DNA of 49,703 nt from an uncultured Eubacteriales bacterium (lineage in GTDB: Bacteria > Bacillota > Clostridia > Acetivibrionales > CAZANH01). The stretch is from the NCBI GenBank assembly GCA_964486515.1, contig CAZANH010000229.1:1-49703 (forward strand), given 5' to 3'. The notes beneath the pieces are model-generated. The model saw nothing but the letters and a program-made list of their open reading frames with translations. It made no database searches and had not been told where the DNA came from. The translations under genes were made by a program, and so were the position numbers. Each line of letters begins with the position of its first letter. The first letter of the stretch is position 1. This document shows, in pieces, positions 47,990 to 49,703 of the stretch.

Positions 47990-48830
47990 AGAACTCTATC
48001 ATACATACATGAAGGGTACTCCTTATGAGAAAAAGGCTCTCAGCAATGTTAATCTGACTATAAATTCGGGAGAATTTATGGGGCTTATAGGTCCTACTGG
48101 CTCAGGTAAATCAACACTGATTCAACATTTTAACGGGCTTTTGAAACCAACTTCGGGGAAAGTTATTGTAAATGGGCTGGATGTTATGGGGAAAAATCTA
48201 AAGGAGCTTAGAAAACATGTGGGAATAGTGTTTCAATATCCTGAACACCAATTGTTTGAAGAAACCGTGTACAGGGACATTGCATTTGGTCTTGTAAAAT
48301 CGAATTGTGAAAAGAGAAAAATTAAGGAACTGGTATATGAAGCGCTTACAAATGTTGGGCTTAGTGAGGAGATAATTAATAAATCTCCATTTGAGCTGTC
48401 GGGAGGACAGAAAAGAAGGGTGGCAATTGCAGGAGTCCTTGTAATGAAACCCGATATTCTGATACTTGACGAACCTGCGGCGGGACTTGACCCACAAGGC
48501 CGTGAAGGCCTTTATAAACTGATTAGGCAAATGTATAAAAGAAATAAAATAACGGTAGTTCTCGTATCCCACAGCATGGAAGATATTGCAAAAATTACTG
48601 AGCGTGTTGTTGTAATAAACAATGGTAAAATAGAAATGGATGGACCACCGGGTGTTATTTTTACAGACGGGGACAAACTGGAAAGCATAGGACTTTCACT
48701 GCCGGCCATATCGTATTTATTTGAATCCATAAAGGATTATCTTCCTGGGATGAAAGAATGCATATTTACTGTTGAAGATGCAAAAAGGGTATTAAGAAAA
48801 TATTTGAAAAAGGGGGAAAAATGCTTATAA
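47973..48830 (+). CDS. ecfA2: energy-coupling factor (ECF) transporter ATPase, second subunit
   Basis: Walker A (GPTGSGKST), signature (LSGGQKRRVAIA) and Walker B (LILDEPAAGLD). It overlaps the upstream gene end. Confidence 0.93.
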   Translation: MSIKVEELYHTYMKGTPYEKKALSNVNLTINSGEFMGLIGPTGSGKSTLIQHFNGLLKPTSGKVIVNGLDVMGKNLKELRKHVGIVFQYPEHQLFEETVYRDIAFGLVKSNCEKRKIKELVYEALTNVGLSEEIINKSPFELSGGQKRRVAIAGVLVMKPDILILDEPAAGLDPQGREGLYKLIRQMYKRNKITVVLVSHSMEDIAKITERVVVINNGKIEMDGPPGVIFTDGDKLESIGLSLPAISYLFESIKDYLPGMKECIFTVEDAKRVLRKYLKKGEKCL

Positions 48831-49702
48831 ATATCACAACAGGGCAGTATTTCCCTGGTAATTCACTCTTTCACAGGGCAGACCCAAGGGTTAAGATAAT
48901 ACTGACATTTGTTTTCATGGTTATGGTATTTCTTATAAAGAGTTACTATGGCTATTTGATACTTGCACTTTTTACGCTTTTATCCATAATATTATCAGGT
49001 ATTCCCGTTAAATATACGCTGAAAGGATTGAAGCCCGTTTTCATAATAATTATACTTGCGGCCATTATAAATATATTTACTATACCTGGTACAACACTTG
49101 TACAGTTTGGATTTTTTGGGATATCCCTGAAAATAACACATCAAGGCCTGATTGAGGGTGCTAAAATTGCGATGAGGCTGGTATTTCTTATTACAGGTGC
49201 CTCACTTCTTACATTGACAACTACCCCTATTCTCTTAACGGATGGTATGGAGAGGCTTATGCAGCCGTTGAAAATAATCGGGGTACCGGCACATGAAATT
49301 GCCATGATGATGTCAATAGCATTGAGATTTATTCCTACTATTTTAGAAGAGACTGATAAAATAATGAAAGCACAGGCAGCAAGAGGTGCTGATTTCGATA
49401 CCGGAAATATTTTCGATAAAGCAAAAAGCTTTATACCAGTTCTCATACCGTTATTTGTCAGTGCCTTCAGGAGAGCTGATGAACTTGCTACTGCCATGGA
49501 GGCAAGATGTTACAGGGGTGGCGAAGGCAGAACAAAAATGAAACAGCTTAAATTTGGTGTTGCCGACTTAAAGGTAAGCCTGGTAATGATATTATTCGTA
49601 ACAGCTGTTATATATCTTGAGTTGTCAAGGGGACGGGGGTGGGGGGGAACAAAAAAAGTTACCCACCCCCCCCCCCCCCCCACAAATTCCCCCCTTTATT
49701 TG
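48821..49702 (+). CDS. ecfT: ECF transporter transmembrane subunit EcfT (3' end unresolved)
   Basis: My own translation from ATG 48821 gives MLINITTGQYFPGNSLFHRADPRVKIIL...FRRADELATAMEARCYRGGEG..., an EcfT signature. It is absent from the ORF track because there is no in-frame stop before the window end. The last ~80 nt are degenerate homopolymers, and the true stop is probably near 49643. Confidence 0.85.
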   Translation, partial: MLINITTGQYFPGNSLFHRADPRVKIILTFVFMVMVFLIKSYYGYLILALFTLLSIILSGIPVKYTLKGLKPVFIIIILAAIINIFTIPGTTLVQFGFFGISLKITHQGLIEGAKIAMRLVFLITGASLLTLTTTPILLTDGMERLMQPLKIIGVPAHEIAMMMSIALRFIPTILEETDKIMKAQAARGADFDTGNIFDKAKSFIPVLIPLFVSAFRRADELATAMEARCYRGGEGRTKMKQLKFGVADLKVSLVMILFVTAVIYLELSRGRGWGGTKKVTHPPPPPTNSPLYL

Positions 49703-49703
49703 T
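49624..49703 (+). repeat. second copy of the GC-rich palindromic element, degraded at the window or contig end
   Basis: 49624-49638 (GTCAAGGGGACGGGG) is identical to 8609-8623. The remainder follows the same outline (A-run loop, then a C-rich arm) but collapses into G/C homopolymers. Confidence 0.6.

Noticed and set aside
1-49703. Searched by eye for CRISPR arrays, rRNA and tRNA genes.
   Set aside because: No regularly spaced direct repeats, no rRNA-like conserved blocks, and no cloverleaf-compatible GC-rich 75-nt segments in the intergenic regions. Intergenic space is almost fully accounted for.
49640-49703. The poly-C/poly-G tract as a real phase-variable homopolymer or G-quadruplex.
   Set aside because: It occurs exactly at the window end inside a copy of a 30-bp hairpin element and mimics that element's outline. 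A sequencing or assembly artefact is far more likely.

Overview
This window comes from a low-GC, spore-forming Firmicute of Clostridia type, judged from AT-rich DNA, strong GGAGG ribosome-binding sites, frequent TTG/GTG starts, and the genes sleB, mecA and cdaA-cdaR-glmM-glmS. Most of it is core genome. Bases 1-11.9 kb carry a partial mannitol dehydrogenase-like gene, a PfkB sugar kinase, tex, an M19 dipeptidase, a sleB cluster, a half-length ccdA-like gene with trxB, lon and mecA. Bases 12.7-15.4 kb carry gltS and an acyltransferase. Bases 18.7-28.4 kb carry an orphan PAS histidine kinase, a LigB-AMMECR1 fusion with its radical SAM partner, and cdaA-cdaR-glmM-glmS. Bases 30.9-49.7 kb hold an uninterrupted S10-spc-alpha ribosomal cluster (rpsJ to rplQ, including secY, adk, map, infA, rpmJ and rpoA), followed by ecfA-ecfA-ecfT. 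I saw no rRNA, tRNA or CRISPR array. The non-core signal sits in three short patches (11.9-12.7 kb, 15.4-18.7 kb, 28.4-30.5 kb), all marked by one ~250-bp hairpin-forming, MITE-like repeat. It occurs as two full copies in inverted orientation, one scrambled copy and several terminal fragments. A 3.0-kb segment carrying an LtaS-like gene, an orphan ORF and a decayed PIN toxin-antitoxin pair is bounded by inverted copies of the repeat terminus and by a perfect 10-bp direct repeat, which looks like a transposition footprint. A GC-richer AAA-ATPase/PD-(D/E)XK gene sits alone next to the other full copy. Other items worth a look are a 30-bp perfect GC-rich palindromic element that recurs at the window end (where the sequence degenerates into homopolymers), the half-size CcdA, two paralogous tiny hydrophobic peptides, and glmS without a ribozyme. 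I could not establish a clear new multi-gene system from sequence alone; the findings list the best candidates and how to test them.
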